From Pecten maximus (taxonomy: Eukaryota): a DNA stretch of 64,000 nucleotides. Positions 40,137 to 53,251 of this stretch are shown here, piece by piece; the first letter of the stretch is position 1; each line of letters begins with the position of its first letter. The stretch spans positions 29,140,001 to 29,204,000 of the forward strand of contig NC_047018.1 of assembly GCF_902652985.1 (NCBI RefSeq), in the 5' to 3' direction. Position numbers and translations under genes: made by a program. The notes under the pieces were generated by a model. It was not told the origin of the DNA and did no database searches. It saw only the letters and a program-made list of their open reading frames with translations.

Positions 40137-40362
40137 GTTTAGTTTATTTGGTTTATTTTTGTTTAACGTCCTAACAGCCAGGGTCATTTAAGGACATGCC
40201 AGGTTTGGAGATGGAGGAAAGCCGGAATACCCGGAGAAAAACCACCGGCCTACAGTCAGTACCTGGCAACTGCCCCACGTAGGTTTCAAACTCGCAACCC
40301 AGAGGTGGAGGGCTAGTGATAAAGTGTCGGGACACCTTAACCACACAGCCACCAATGCCACC
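40137..40362 (-). mobile_element. Full-length V-domain tRNA SINE just 3' of the Acl4-like stop codon
   Basis: Minus strand: A-box tggctgtgtggttaagg, B-box-like gagtttgaaacc, V-domain ggtggtttttctccgggtattccggctttcctcc, tail ggacgttaaacaaaaataaaccaaa. 11-bp TSD agtgtcctcag at 40126-40136 and 40363-40373. Confidence 0.92.
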
Positions 40363-40430
40363 AGTGTCCTCAGTAAGTAGACAATATAAAACAGCTTTGA
40401 ACATAAAGTATTTATTGATTATAAATAACA

Positions 40431-43400
40431 TCAGTGCTCCATTGCTTCCCCGTTTGTTTTACTGTCTATCTCTTCATCACTGTCACTATCTAGTTCATTC
40501 ACATCCTCATCAGCAGCATCCTTATCCTCCTCCTCTTCTTCCTCACCTACAATACAAAACATGGTGATTATGAAACATAGCATTACTTCTACAGCATTGA
40601 CAAATATTCAAATATGTTTTTGGGAAAATAAAATTTGGATAGAGATACTAGCAAGGTAATATTTCTATAACCATCAACCAAAACTGGTTTTAAATGCTAT
40701 TATGACTTTACATCAGTTTTAAAGTTGTTAGGATACAGTGTTTTAACTATACTAGGGCTTCATACCAGTTTTACAGTCAAAATAAATAAAACACAAACCT
40801 GGGCCAATCTCCTCCATGAGCTCCTCAACATGTTTCAGAAGTTCTGGATCATCACATTTAATCTTTTCATACACCTGTTAATGACATACCAACACAAATC
40901 ATCACAGGTATTCTTATTAGGGATACATAGTGACAAATTGCAATACATAATAATAATTAAATAAGTATTTATAAACTAATCCGAATTTTTATGTTAATGA
41001 CCGTAGCGACTAAACAACAACTGTTCTGAATACATTATGACAAAATTAGATTATCTGACCACACGGGAACAGTGTACGATGTTTACTTGCCGAAATATAC
41101 GCATTTTAATTCCAATCCAAACCGCCTCACAGCTTCGGGTCGCCATCTTTGCTCAAATCAAAGCATCTGTGCGTTTGAAAGAGTCAGTACTGCAAAGCTT
41201 CTAAATGATCTTGTGTTACAAATTTTAAGATTATAATAGAAACGAAATATGGATTTTAAAATAATTTGATTTAAATTACTTATGTATTAGGTTAGCGAAT
41301 CGTAGCAATTATTTACAATGCACTCTAACTTTGCACCCAATACTGATCACAATGTTTTTATTTAGACATTTTCTATATCTTTCGCTTCATATCATTTTAA
41401 GAATTGATTTAGATTTCCCAGTAATTTCGAGGGAAATGCATTTGATGACGTAACCGTAAGTCTACAGGCTATAGAATCAGGCATCTATAGTCGATAAATG
41501 GAGGTTTGGAGTGGATAACACTTCGGTCCATTAGCTGTATGATATATTTCGTGGCGTCGGTTATTAGAACGTGACACGGAAAGCACAACGATAATAAAAA
41601 CAGAAGATCATTGAACATTCCCGGATTATTTTCGCAATTTTTGAGACACCAATGTGCTAAAATACAACGGAAAGTAACACAGATTTAATTCATAGCTATC
41701 GTATCGTAACCTATGTAGTTGGACTAGACCTACTTTCGTTTTACAGTTTACGGATATGGTCATAAAATAATTCATATTCTGAGCCATAGTCGATCTAATT
41801 ACTTAATTGCGGGATATTTCTATCAAGTATATTTGTACTTCTCATGTACAGGGTACATCTTTGTTTAAAATTGACTGGTCTGTAGGTCTAATCTTACTCC
41901 CTCAGCTGACCCTGACCACAGGGCCACGTTAATATCGTATCCTTTTGTAAACACCTCATAATAAATGTATCAACGGCAGAATCGTCTGGATTACACTTTT
42001 TACCGTTTAAATACTTTAATATATAAAACTTATAACCGGTTAGCTTGTAATAATAATAATAATAATAAATATTTTATTAGTGTGTCACACATTTTAAAAT
42101 ACATACATAATAGTTTTAACTAAAACAACGCATGATTTATAAAATGCCCAGCCAGTATTTGGCTTACGAGACACAGAAATTAATATACAACATAAACACA
42201 AATCAATCATGATTAAAAGAACGACGTTTTCTCATACATAAAAACACTGTTCTAGCTGTAAAACATTGCAGAGATGCCTCATTCATTAAAAATATAAATT
42301 TATCTTTCGAACACATATCTAAAAAATCTGATGAGATGTCATTAGCCTTTATAAAAAGAGGTTCCCGGATTTCATTATAATAATCACACTCGCATAAAAA
42401 ATGAATTTCAGATTCAACAGATTTAGATTTACAATATGTACACAGTCTATCACATAATTGTATTGCAGGTTTAAAATAGCGACCAGTCTCTATACATAGT
42501 GGCAAACTTCCACATCGTAGTTTAGCTAAAACGCTCCTGTGTGATCTAGGCATAATACTGGTTACATAAGTTTCAGGTATTAAATCTTTCTTAAACAATC
42601 TATAAGTTCTCAGCTTATTACCATTTTGTTGCCCACTATCTGTCCAGACCCTTGTAAACCATGACTGTTCATCTAACTTAAAAACTTTTTTAGAAATATT
42701 GTGCATGACCGCTTTCGTAGCTCCGGTAGCCCTCGTGATGATTTGGTCGACTTGGTAATGTTTTGCTAGTTTATTTGCGTTAGCATCCCAGGACTTTCCC
42801 TTCCTCTCTGACCACTTATGGACTTTATACAAAAGTCTATCACAATCCACTGATTTCAGTCTACAGCACAGTCTAAAAACCTCTATCCGCTGTTTGGCTA
42901 GACACGATATCCAACCCATATCACCGATTTTACCCGCGTTAGAAGTATTTCTGGACACACCTAAATAAATCCTCATAGCTCGGTTCTGAATATTATTTAT
43001 TAGCCTATGTTCAGTCTGTCCCCATATGGCTGAACAGTAAAACAGTATTGGTTCAACAATAGTCTCGTATAGCTTGGTAAATACTATGTACTATGTACTA
43101 TACATGTATGTAGCTACAGTATCAATTTCTCTTGTTCAGCTATTACCTTACACATCGATAATACCATACAGGTATCAGTAAATTAACAATAGACCATCTA
43201 TTGATGAATTACCTGTTAAATGTCAGTTGTAGAATCCAGCTTTGTAGCTGTAACAACACCGCTGACACATGAATTTGTCACCACCCACCTGTTTAGCCTG
43301 ATGTAGGTAGTAACGAGCATTCTCCTTGAAGTCTGAGCCCTGTAGGTAGTTGGCCCAGCCAATCATATACCAGACTTGAGGAACTTCATCATTCTCATCA

Positions 43401-46400
43401 AGTAAACCTTCCAGTACATCCACAGCTGTCTAGAATTGGTATTAACAGGACTTTCAATTAGCCAACAGGAAAGTGCATTCATCAATTTTTTAATTATTAA
43501 CAACAGTATTATAAGGAAAGAACACTGTACACACATTCTCTGCAATGATTAATCCATTTCAGCTATTCAGTGTAATAACTAACTACATGCATACCATCCA
43601 AATGCATTGTTACAAATTGCATTATTGAATATTGAACTAAAACATACTGAAATGTAACCATAAACAACCATTGTACAACATAACAGTTGTGTAAAATGAT
43701 ATTAATGAAAAAATATTTTAAATAAAATAAAAACATTTTCAACTAACCTCATATTGTTTTACTTCAGTTAAAATTTTGGCTGACGCTATCCTTGTATCAT
43801 AACTCAGAGGAGTTAACTGGAAAAGAAAAAACAAATATCAATATCTGAAAATATAACTGATGTTTTATGATAAATATTTGTATATACAAGTCATAACCTG
43901 ATTATGACATCATTAATTTAGGTCCCACTCAAATTACCTCCCTTCTGTCAAATGGAAATAATTGTTATACATGTACCTGAAACTACAGCATGAAATAAAA
44001 TTTCAAAATACCCTTATGGTGATCCCTAATTTATCTTTCATTTTTCAATAATTTACATTAGAAATAAATTTGGTGATCCCTAATTTATCTTTCATTTTTC
44101 AATAATTTACATTAGAAATAAATTAAGTGTTTAAACAACTTAACTATAAATCTTCACTGACAAGAACATAAAATTCTGCATCAATATTTTTTGACAACAC
44201 AGCTAATTCTCAGGTCCCATGGGGATGGCGTGAATGTAAAGATTACCTCGAGTGGGTTAAACTCCTCATCAGGCACTTCTCCTTTGTCAGCTGCTTTATA
44301 TTTGGGTAACCATAATGACACACTCTTTTTGATCATCTCTGCAGCCATCTAAAACAGCACACATTTAACTGTTATGTTTTAAGTGGTACAAATGTATATA
44401 GAGTTTACTTATTTATCCATTTCTTTTGTACATTGATTTGATTGATGGGGCTTAATGCCTTGTTCCAGTTAAAACAGAGCCTAGGACTCTTTTGTACAAA
44501 TACTTCATTTATATTGTAAAATTTTCTGACAAATGGGAGCAAAAAGTAAACCAACTGAATAGGTAGTGAAAGAGAGAAGCTTTTGTATCATCTTGATACA
44601 CATCACTTTTATCTTCTCATTCTCCATAAGAACTATGCTACAATATCAGGGGGTATGGAATGAAAATACTTTACCTCTTCATTCTCTTTAGAGAGATGGA
44701 AGCTGGCCATCATCTGATAGGCCTCAGCATTCTCGCTATCTATTCCTAGAGCATGGTTTATGTACTGTTCGCATCTAACGTCTGCATCCTCCTCCATGCT
44801 GCAAAGTTGAATTTTAAAAGTAAGAACCACTTTTATGATTCAATAACAAAATGCACAATTGTATCTTTATGTGTAAAACTTAACACTAGCTCAAACACAT
44901 TCGAAACAAAGTTCACATTTTCTAGCACTAAAGATGTTTATGTGAGCTGTTTGATTAATGACAACCTTAGTATCTGTACTGGTATTTAATAAAAAAAAAT
45001 ATCACCCTTTAATGAGTCTTTAAAGTAACATATTAAAGCCAAATTCCAGCAAAGTTCTACTTTGGAGCCTCACCCCTCTGTCTTCAGGGATTGGACCTGA
45101 CCCTTTTGTATAAGTAATGATTGCCATCCATAATGATGTTTCAATCGAAATATGGTTGTAATCCATTAAAGGATTAAGGAGGAGTAGCAATTTAAAGCAG
45201 AATTTCGGCTAAGTTCACCTTTTGGGGCCACACCCCTTCTCTTCCTAGGAGTCACACCTACCTCAATTATATGAAATATGATTGGCTTTCTGACAGGATG
45301 TTTCACACCAAAGTTGGTTGTAAATCAGACAAGGGTTAAGGAGGAATAGGGTTTTAAAGCAAAATTTCAGCAAAGTTCCCTTTTTGGAACCCCTCTGACC
45401 CCAGGCATCACACCAGCCTCATTTATATAAAATGATGTTTCACATCAAATGTAGTAGTAATCCACTTTGGGTTCAGGAGGATTAGAGAGTTTTGGAAGTA
45501 AAAATCTTACGCATGGCGGAGGGTGTATAATGAAGGATGAAACATTATGGCAATAGGTCATCCTGACCTCTGGGTCAGACAACCTAAAAATCTCCTTGGT
45601 CTATAACCTTACCAGCAGTCTGTCATGTAGAGCTCGGCCAGAGACAAATAGGCATTGCAAATCTCCTCACAGGAAACCCCGTCTCTTGGTCCACCTCCAC
45701 ATGCAGCTGCCAACTGCCAATATCAAATCACACTTTAACGAAGCAGAAAGTCAAAAGAGACATTGCACATGTGTTAGAACTACAATTTATTGTGTATTGC
45801 CCGCTCCTTTTGACAGCCAACATAAGTCAAAATAATTGTTTCATGAATTAAATCTGCAGATAGCATGTTACATTACATTTTGCATGGTCATCTACTACGT
45901 AATGAATTTTGAGTACAAGTACACTATCAGGGAATGATCAGATTGTATTTCCAGGTCTACCTGTAAGTTGTCTGTACTTTGTATGTAAACAGACAGGTAA
46001 ATTCAAATTTCTGATTTAAACAGCAATGTCAGCACCTGGTACTACACACATATTTCCTTATACGAGATGTATTGAATTAAATGTGAGTAGTAAATTAAGT
46101 TTTCGACAAGGCATTAGACATGGGAGCGGAGACAGTTATCATAAAAGGAACATGTATAGTTGTAATGCAGACTTTAATTTGAATGTTGTTAGCCATACTG
46201 GAAGCACATGGTATTCAGGAGGGGATCAGTTGGGCTATTTGACAGTGACTCTGAAATGTATGATGATGGGAATAATACTACGCAGTTTTCTGTATTCAGA
46301 AATTCAGTTCGCTTAGGTACAGACCGTGAGAAATAAGTGTGAATAGATATATGCTTAATAATTAAATCTATAAATGAGGTTAAACGACATTGGACTTGAC

Positions 46401-49400
46401 AAATATTTTATAGTCTACAATTTGTATGGTTTTTCGAAAACATACCAAAAAGCCCTCTTTATCACATAGCCTGCAGAAGATATTTTTAATGGTTTGAATT
46501 GTATAACCTGCAGGCAATATAAGCTATGGTTTACTTTTGACTTTCCCATGGTGTAATTTGTATCTACATTGTATTTCCAGTTGGTAGTTAAGCAATAAGT
46601 ATGCCATTCTACCAACATTTTATATTTCATCATAGTTTAGAAGTATCTGTCCAGCAAACTCATTACAAAATATAAAAAATAAAAATTAGATATGCTAATT
46701 ATACACTGCATACCTCTGTTGCTTGCTTTGCCTCGTATTCCTTCATCATCAATTCTATTCCCTTCTGGAAGCATTGCACAGCCTGCGCACCTTCAAACAA
46801 CTGTCCCAGGTACATGTATTTGGAGTGGCCTTGGTTAGGACTAACCTCCACAGCTCGACCAAAACACTGTACAGATAGTGTTATGAAATAATGATCAATG
46901 ACAACCATCCAAGGGAAGTAACCATGTATTTTACACTGGAGGTATTCTGTATTAGAAATACATTGAATACTGGTATTTTATTACAATCAAAATCATATGT
47001 CAATTTACTTTAATCCTTTCTATTAAGAAGAGTATTGCAGAATTATGTTCAGGTTTTTAATTATAAGCCTGGATACATCAGATATTTAAGTACTGATTAG
47101 TGAAGTCATTGGTTTTTAGCAGTGATCTTTAGAATTTCTTGTGGAGAATATTGGAGCACCTCAGAATATAGGTACACAGCAGAATATTGTACCTGTTTGG
47201 CTGCCTCCTGATTTCCAAGCTCTAACAAAAGAGATCCCGTTGTTTCCAGGGCCAGAATGCTATCTGGCTCCATCTCCAGAGCTCTCTGACAGAATTTTTG
47301 GGCAAGTTCATATTCAAATCTATCGATACAATCTTCTGCCTGCACAATAGAAAACATAGGACCGATTTATAAAGTAGAATATACAATATCATGAAATTTA
47401 TTTTAAGTAACAAAACTAACTTTTATAAGTTATGACAATTACTGCATAAATGAAGAATAAAAATGAAATATCAGTTTGTTAAAAGTAAAAATATGCACTG
47501 TAGTGGAATATAACTCTGAAGGTTTGTATTCTTTACTTCAGTATTCAAACAAACATTGCGTTATTATTCTGGTGCAAAGCAACAGTGATTTTGAGTTCAA
47601 CTTCTCAGCCACCAGAGATACAACTCACTTGATCCCTGAATACTTTAAAGCAACATTTGTTTGAAATTTGTTATGACTTATAAACAATAAATAATATAAG
47701 AAATATATTAATAGTGTTTAACGATTTAATGTAATACTTGTAAGTAGCACAGAGTAATTGATAAATATATTGTAGAATGGGTCCTTCCTACAGTCTACTA
47801 GTCTAATTAAAAATTATGCTCTACTAAGCGAGCTAAAAGTTATACCATTGATACATCAAACCATTATATTTCTAAATAATAATTTCGTCACTGTGATGTT
47901 TCTTAAGCACTACAGTAACCAATTGACTGCCCTTCTTCACTTTATATACATATTCTAAAGTGGATGAAGATATCTTTCGATAAACATTTCTGAAAACTTA
48001 AAACACACATTAAATGATCTTCTTTATGGTAAAAAACTTACTTTGGCTAATGATCTATATATTAATACAATATACAAGTCCATGCTTTATATAACATATT
48101 GCATACCTAGATGAGACATATTATGTTCCTGCTAGGAAGAAATATCAGGGAGCAATAGTCTACCTTTTTTTTAAAAATATGTTCTGGTGCTCTAAATTTT
48201 TAAAAGCACTTACAAAGCTCAATTTGAATAACCCTAATTTAGCCACTCTATGCAGATAAACAGTTATAGAAAATCATCAAGTCTTTAATAATGCCCTACT
48301 GATGATAGAAGGTCTCTATTTACATCATAAATTTACCTTCTCCAAAAGTTGTTCAACACTGTATTTTGGAGATTTCCCTTTCGATTCATGTGCCACTTCT
48401 CTTTTCGCCTGCTGTATACGTCTCCTTCTTTCAGCTTAAAAAACAAAAACATAAAAATATGAGGGAAGTTGTTTGCATAAATACATATCATGTAATTACA
48501 TATAATACGTTATTCGGAGATATACATATTAAACTGAAAAACACACTGTTACTGATTGAATACAGGTCTTTGGAGTGGTAATCCATGACTTTACACCTGA
48601 GCCATAGAATTATGCTCCTTCAGCTGAGTGAATACTAGGTAAAAGCCACTGGCCTGTTCCTTTCATACAAATATGGAACATTGTATTGATGTATACCTGG
48701 TAAACATCTTAAGGCCTCTATAATCAGTGGGTAGTTTCCGAGTTTTAATAGCAATTATAAAGAAGTATGGTATTGATTATCACATTATATTATCATGAGG
48801 GTATATATTCTATCATTAAACATATATGTCACGAAAACATGACAGACGTAGAGACTTTAGACTCTGTCTGATGCACAAAATTACCAAAAACCAAGTAGTC
48901 ATCAGCCAACACAACAGACATACACCAACAAACAGGCAATCAAGGCATACCCATCACAAATCATTTCAACTACCACACTGCAAAACCATGGCCAGAAAAC
49001 AATCATTTTTTTTTCAAGTACAATATTTGAGTGGAATAAGATCCCACCAGATATCATATCCTCCTGTCAAACAGCTGAATCATTTAATTAAGACTGCCCT
49101 GGCCTCCTGTCAGTATATATCCCCCAAAATTAAGTAAAACCTATATACACATCTTTCTGTTGGCTTTCTAGGAAACGATCGCGACTGCATCTCTTCTCTC
49201 TCATAACATTATCTTCAACTTGTAGAAGTTGATCATTACCATTTAGAAGAATAACATAGGGAGCTTTAAAACTTCATTGTTTATGTTATGTTTAGTTCCA
49301 TTGCTCGAAATCATAAAATACTCTTTCTTCGTGTTTATGTCAGTATATGGACAAATATACTGTATTGTATTAGAAGATATCACACTGTTCTACACCGTCT

Positions 49401-49563
49401 TATCAAGGCATTTTAAAAGCATTTTTGTTTTTTGTCGGTGTCTTATGCTACGTGTAGTCACTGTAGATATCGAGTTTAAGGACATTGAAAACTAAAAATC
49501 AGCTGCTTGTTTAAAATTACCAAGAGATCCTTCAACACTTTTCTTGAATTTCCGTTTGCCCAT
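40431..49563 (-). CDS. ACL4: TPR-repeat assembly chaperone of Rpl4 (Acl4-like), ~389 aa
   Basis: Phase-consistent exons: 49563-49521, (optional 49218-49141), 48434-48337, 47339-47193, 46866-46714, 45713-45613, 44798-44675, 44348-44247, 43816-43748, 43429-43289, 40874-40799, 40546-40431. Family-typical motifs: ELAQKFCQRALEMEP, GHSKYMYLGQL, AYLSLAELYMTDCCMEEDA..RCE, SYDTRIASAKILTEV, VLEGLLDENDEVPQVWYMIGW, acidic C-tail. Confidence 0.88.
42048..43085 (-). mobile_element. 5'-truncated CR1/L2-group LINE (end of ORF2 plus 3' UTR) in Acl4 intron
   Basis: ORF 42203-42976 has the post-RT C-terminus NKLRTYRLFK...LAKLRCGSLPLCIETGRY...RLCTYC...ESEIHFLCEC. (TTA)n tail at ~42048-42068. Confidence 0.88.
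45030..45590 (-). mobile_element. Decayed HINE/pearl-type element with ~165-bp core repeats
   Basis: Three degenerate cores (aaatttcagcaaagttc...tttgg...atgatgtttca) and a terminal hairpin aggtcatcctgacctctgggtcagacaacctaaaaa. Confidence 0.55.
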
Positions 49564-51189
49564 GTTCTCTGTATCAGCTTCAATACTTTTAGAGTAAGTA
49601 CATCTCCTAAATATTATGCTGTGCCACCGCTCACATGTGTGAGCAAATCGATGCGAACAGACGCTTGAAAAATCATCATCACCAGAAAGCTTAACTACGA
49701 CTGGTAATATTAAAACCAAATTGCGGAATGGCTCCTACAGAAAATCCGATTTTATGTAGAGTCTGTTCGTTTATGCGGACAAACCGGTTCGTGAGTTTTT
49801 AAATGTAATATTTCAAGCATATATCTTGTCTCACATGTAAATGTTAATACAGGCCTTCGAAGTCTTTGTCACTTTGTCAAGGCTCGTCTGAAAACAATAT
49901 AAAAAACGAACAACACCGGTCCAAGTGGTCTAACCGTTTGGATAGCAAAAACGAAAACGGCTTAATCTGCGTTTTCTATCTTTAAAAAAAATCTACTTGG
50001 CCTATCAAGTAAAAGAATTAGAGAGACACAAATATTTGTAAAGGACTACATAGTGCATGTATCAGAATAAGCATACACAATATGCATGTTAATTCAATTT
50101 ATCAAATTATCGGGTCCACTTTTAACATTCGCTGTAAACAAAAAGCTGTCAAAAAGCACCAACATATTCTGCGTTTTTATGTCGTACGTAATGTGACTAT
50201 AGATAAAAAAAAATCAAATGTAGGCATATATGACGTTGCATATAAAAGAGTAATGATGAAAAAAAAGTAAAAAAAAAAAAAAAAAAACCCAAAAAACCTG
50301 AAAAGCTATTCTGAAGATGAATATACATGTTTAGTGTCAACACGTGTTCTTTTCACAATATCTGGTGTGGTGTAAGGATATGACCTAATTTAAAATGCCG
50401 CTAGTTGATATGAAAAACAGACAAATTCGGACATGTATTGAACTATTACAATTTATTTTACAAATCATAACAAAATGCTAAACAGGTTTATATATATTAT
50501 AACATAAAAAACAACAACCGCTGGTGCGTTATCCTTTCCATGACATCATGAAGCGGCCTTCAAATGTTAGCCAATCAAATTGCATAGAACCACATGATTA
50601 AAAAATAGTCTTGGTCAAAGGTCACCGTACGCGTGTCAACCCAATCAAAACGTATTTCGATAGTTTATTCCACGTGTGGTATAAACTGAATGTTATTCAA
50701 CAGTTTTAATGATTATTCCATGCCTAGAGAGATGAATAGCACACACCTATTATGGTAGGAAGCGCTATATACAATGAGTTGAATGTACATTATTATGATT
50801 AGTTGCTGGGTGTGTCAGTGGTAATTTCCTGCTCCATCTGTCGTCATATCAATATAGTTATGGACAAGCTACCAAAGGATTGAAGACTTCTATACTGTCG
50901 GTTGCTGGTCTGTTTTCTCATGTGTTACCTAATTGATATTGAATATGTTATATCTTGTAAATCTTTTTATTATGTCTTTAATGTATTCTTCCATTTTTTT
51001 AGTTTTGTTTTTAGGGATTTCCAATTCGGATGGAAATCTCTATTGTTTTCGTTATATTTTTTTTCTGATTTCCACAGATTTTGAAAACAGTTCCATTCAT
51101 AAATGAATGAAGATAAAACGACCATATTATAGTGCATGACAACAACATCGAGCTGATCTTTACAGTAACATTTTGGTAACAATAAGTTC

Positions 51190-52700
51190 AAAGGTCAAGA
51201 TCACAGATCTAAAATAGATTTTTTAAAAGCGTTTTTTGAACGATCATAACATCATAAGGAATCGTTCCATTACATTCACGATGAGTGTGTCATGTAGATA
51301 ATGGTCGGGGCTAACTTTTCTCCATGCCATGTTATCAGAGAATATGTCAAGGTCACAACCTCGTTATAGGATAAACAATATGTCGGGGGGGAAAAAAATC
51401 TGAATCTGAGATTTACTTTCACCGCACATAAAAGAGCATGATCCTCTGAGGTGGACTGTGCGATTTCTTTGGTATCGGATGAAAAATGACGGAGATACGG
51501 CACTTTGAAAATAAAAAATCAAAGTTTCACGCAAAAATGCTCTTAAAATAGTTCAGCTCCTTCATATTTGCACATATAGACTTGATATTTGGCATAGCAT
51601 ATAAGATTGGCTACAAAAGATACTATTTTTCATTCAAGGTCAAATAATCAAATAAATAAAAATGTGAAAACTATTCATTCAAATCAGGTTCTTTGTCCTT
51701 TCGTTTTCTTCTTTGAACACTCAGTGCATTGCTTATTTTATGGCCGGGACTAACTTTTCTCTGAAACATGTCATTAGAAAATATGTCAAGTTCAAGGTCC
51801 TAGATCGAGGTCAAATCAAGGTCAAAGATTAAAACAATTCATTGCTTTTTTAATTGTATGTCAAAGAGCAACATTTACTGAGATGAAATATGCAAGTTTT
51901 ATGGTCGTGCAATAAAACAAATGACGTAGAAATGACACCTTTAAAAATGTTCATTTTCCCGCCAAAATTGAAATTTCTCCCACAAATGCACCTATTTTCC
52001 TTTATTTATTTATCTTCATACACATACAGTGTATGTTTGATATTTGGCATATTAACAGCATAAACGAGCGCCTACAGAGCAGATTGCTTTCAAAGAGACA
52101 GATTTACATAAGTACTTAGTACTTGTTTCTGAATCCTTTTTGAAATTATATTGTATATATTATATTGCTATGTATTTTTGAATAAAATAAAGTTTAAACT
52201 AGATTGCTTTTCATTAACCTTGACCTTCGTTCAAGGTCACGGAGGTCAAATGATCGAAAATAAAAAAAATCGAATTCTTTCAAAAAAGGTCTATTTTGAC
52301 AATATAGAAGAATATAATCTCTTGAAGATGTCTGCAACGTTTCAAGGTTGAGTCGTAAAAAATAACGCAGAAACAGCACTTTGAGAACCCTTCTCCCGCC
52401 AAAATTCAAAATTATCATCAAAATGCACTTTAAAACGTTCAATACTCTAGGCCTCATCCATACAGACTTTATAATTAGCACATTTATAGCATGAATGACT
52501 AGCAACAAAGGCATGTAAATCGTTGTTCTTGACTTCGTAGCTCAAGGTCACGGTCAAGTCAAATGACTGGTTAGAGAAAATAAGCGCAGAGAAAACGAAG
52601 AGAAAACGGAGAGAAAACGAAGGTAAAACGACCGTCAGAACGATAACATGTCTTCGATCATTTTCTAGATGGAAATCCCGTGTTTTTATCTTGAGCAAAT
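51190..52700. mobile_element. Probable decayed non-autonomous DNA transposon
   Basis: Recurrent caaggtca/tgacctt motifs and duplicated blocks (ggg(g/a)ctaacttttctc...aatatgtcaag at ~51307 and ~51746; ttgatatttggcata at ~51581 and ~52037). Termini not resolved. Confidence 0.4.
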
Positions 52701-53126
52701 CTATATTTTTTTGTTTTTTGTTTTTTTTTCTTGTTTTTTTTTTTATATTTTGATTGAGAGAGTTTGTTGTTTCTAGAGCTACATATCAGGAGAGTAAAAG
52801 TGCTTGTTTACCAGACATTTGTGGAAGATAAAACGTTTACCATTATACTACTTCCATGGAAAATGCACTGAACCTGCTTCCTTCCCAGCACTAGTTTCAC
52901 CGAGCAAACCCGTGAAACCACTGAATCACATTCCTGTTACCTCGAAACGGAGTGCACTAGGGGGATACCATTTACACAATACATTATTGTCGTAAGTTTC
53001 AGGATCGTTATATATTATTAACATGTTTCGATATTCTTTAGATAAGATAGCAGTAACGTATGGATACCGTATACTGGCACTGCGGTCAAGGTAACTCCTA
53101 CTATTTACTAGAATTCATATTCACAA

Positions 53127-53136
53127 GTCACGTGAC
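53127..53136. promoter_or_regulatory. Perfect CLEAR-type palindromic E-box GTCACGTGAC upstream of the VDE-like gene
   Basis: Exact 10-mer 115 bp upstream of ATG 53252, followed by a TATA-like ttatatag at ~53146. Confidence 0.5.
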
Positions 53137-53251
53137 AGAACACTGTTATATAGATGACCTGTTAACCTTATTATGAGCTCATGACTTCCACTATCTAAGC
53201 CCCAGACCTGGTATTCTATTGCAAGAGGTTGGACGTACAACTATCGCGGAC

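Noticed and set aside
40965-42047. Possible DNA transposon next to the LINE tail (weak terminal similarity ttataaactaatccg / ccggttagcttgtaa)
   Set aside because: Inverted repeat too degenerate, no TSD or coding remnant that I can support.
44017-44125. ~54-bp perfect tandem duplication in Acl4 intron
   Set aside because: Ordinary local slippage duplication with no evident function.
53219-53251. ORF-track start (TTG) of the VDE-like gene
   Set aside because: Non-ATG start; the ATG at 53252 directly precedes the signal peptide.
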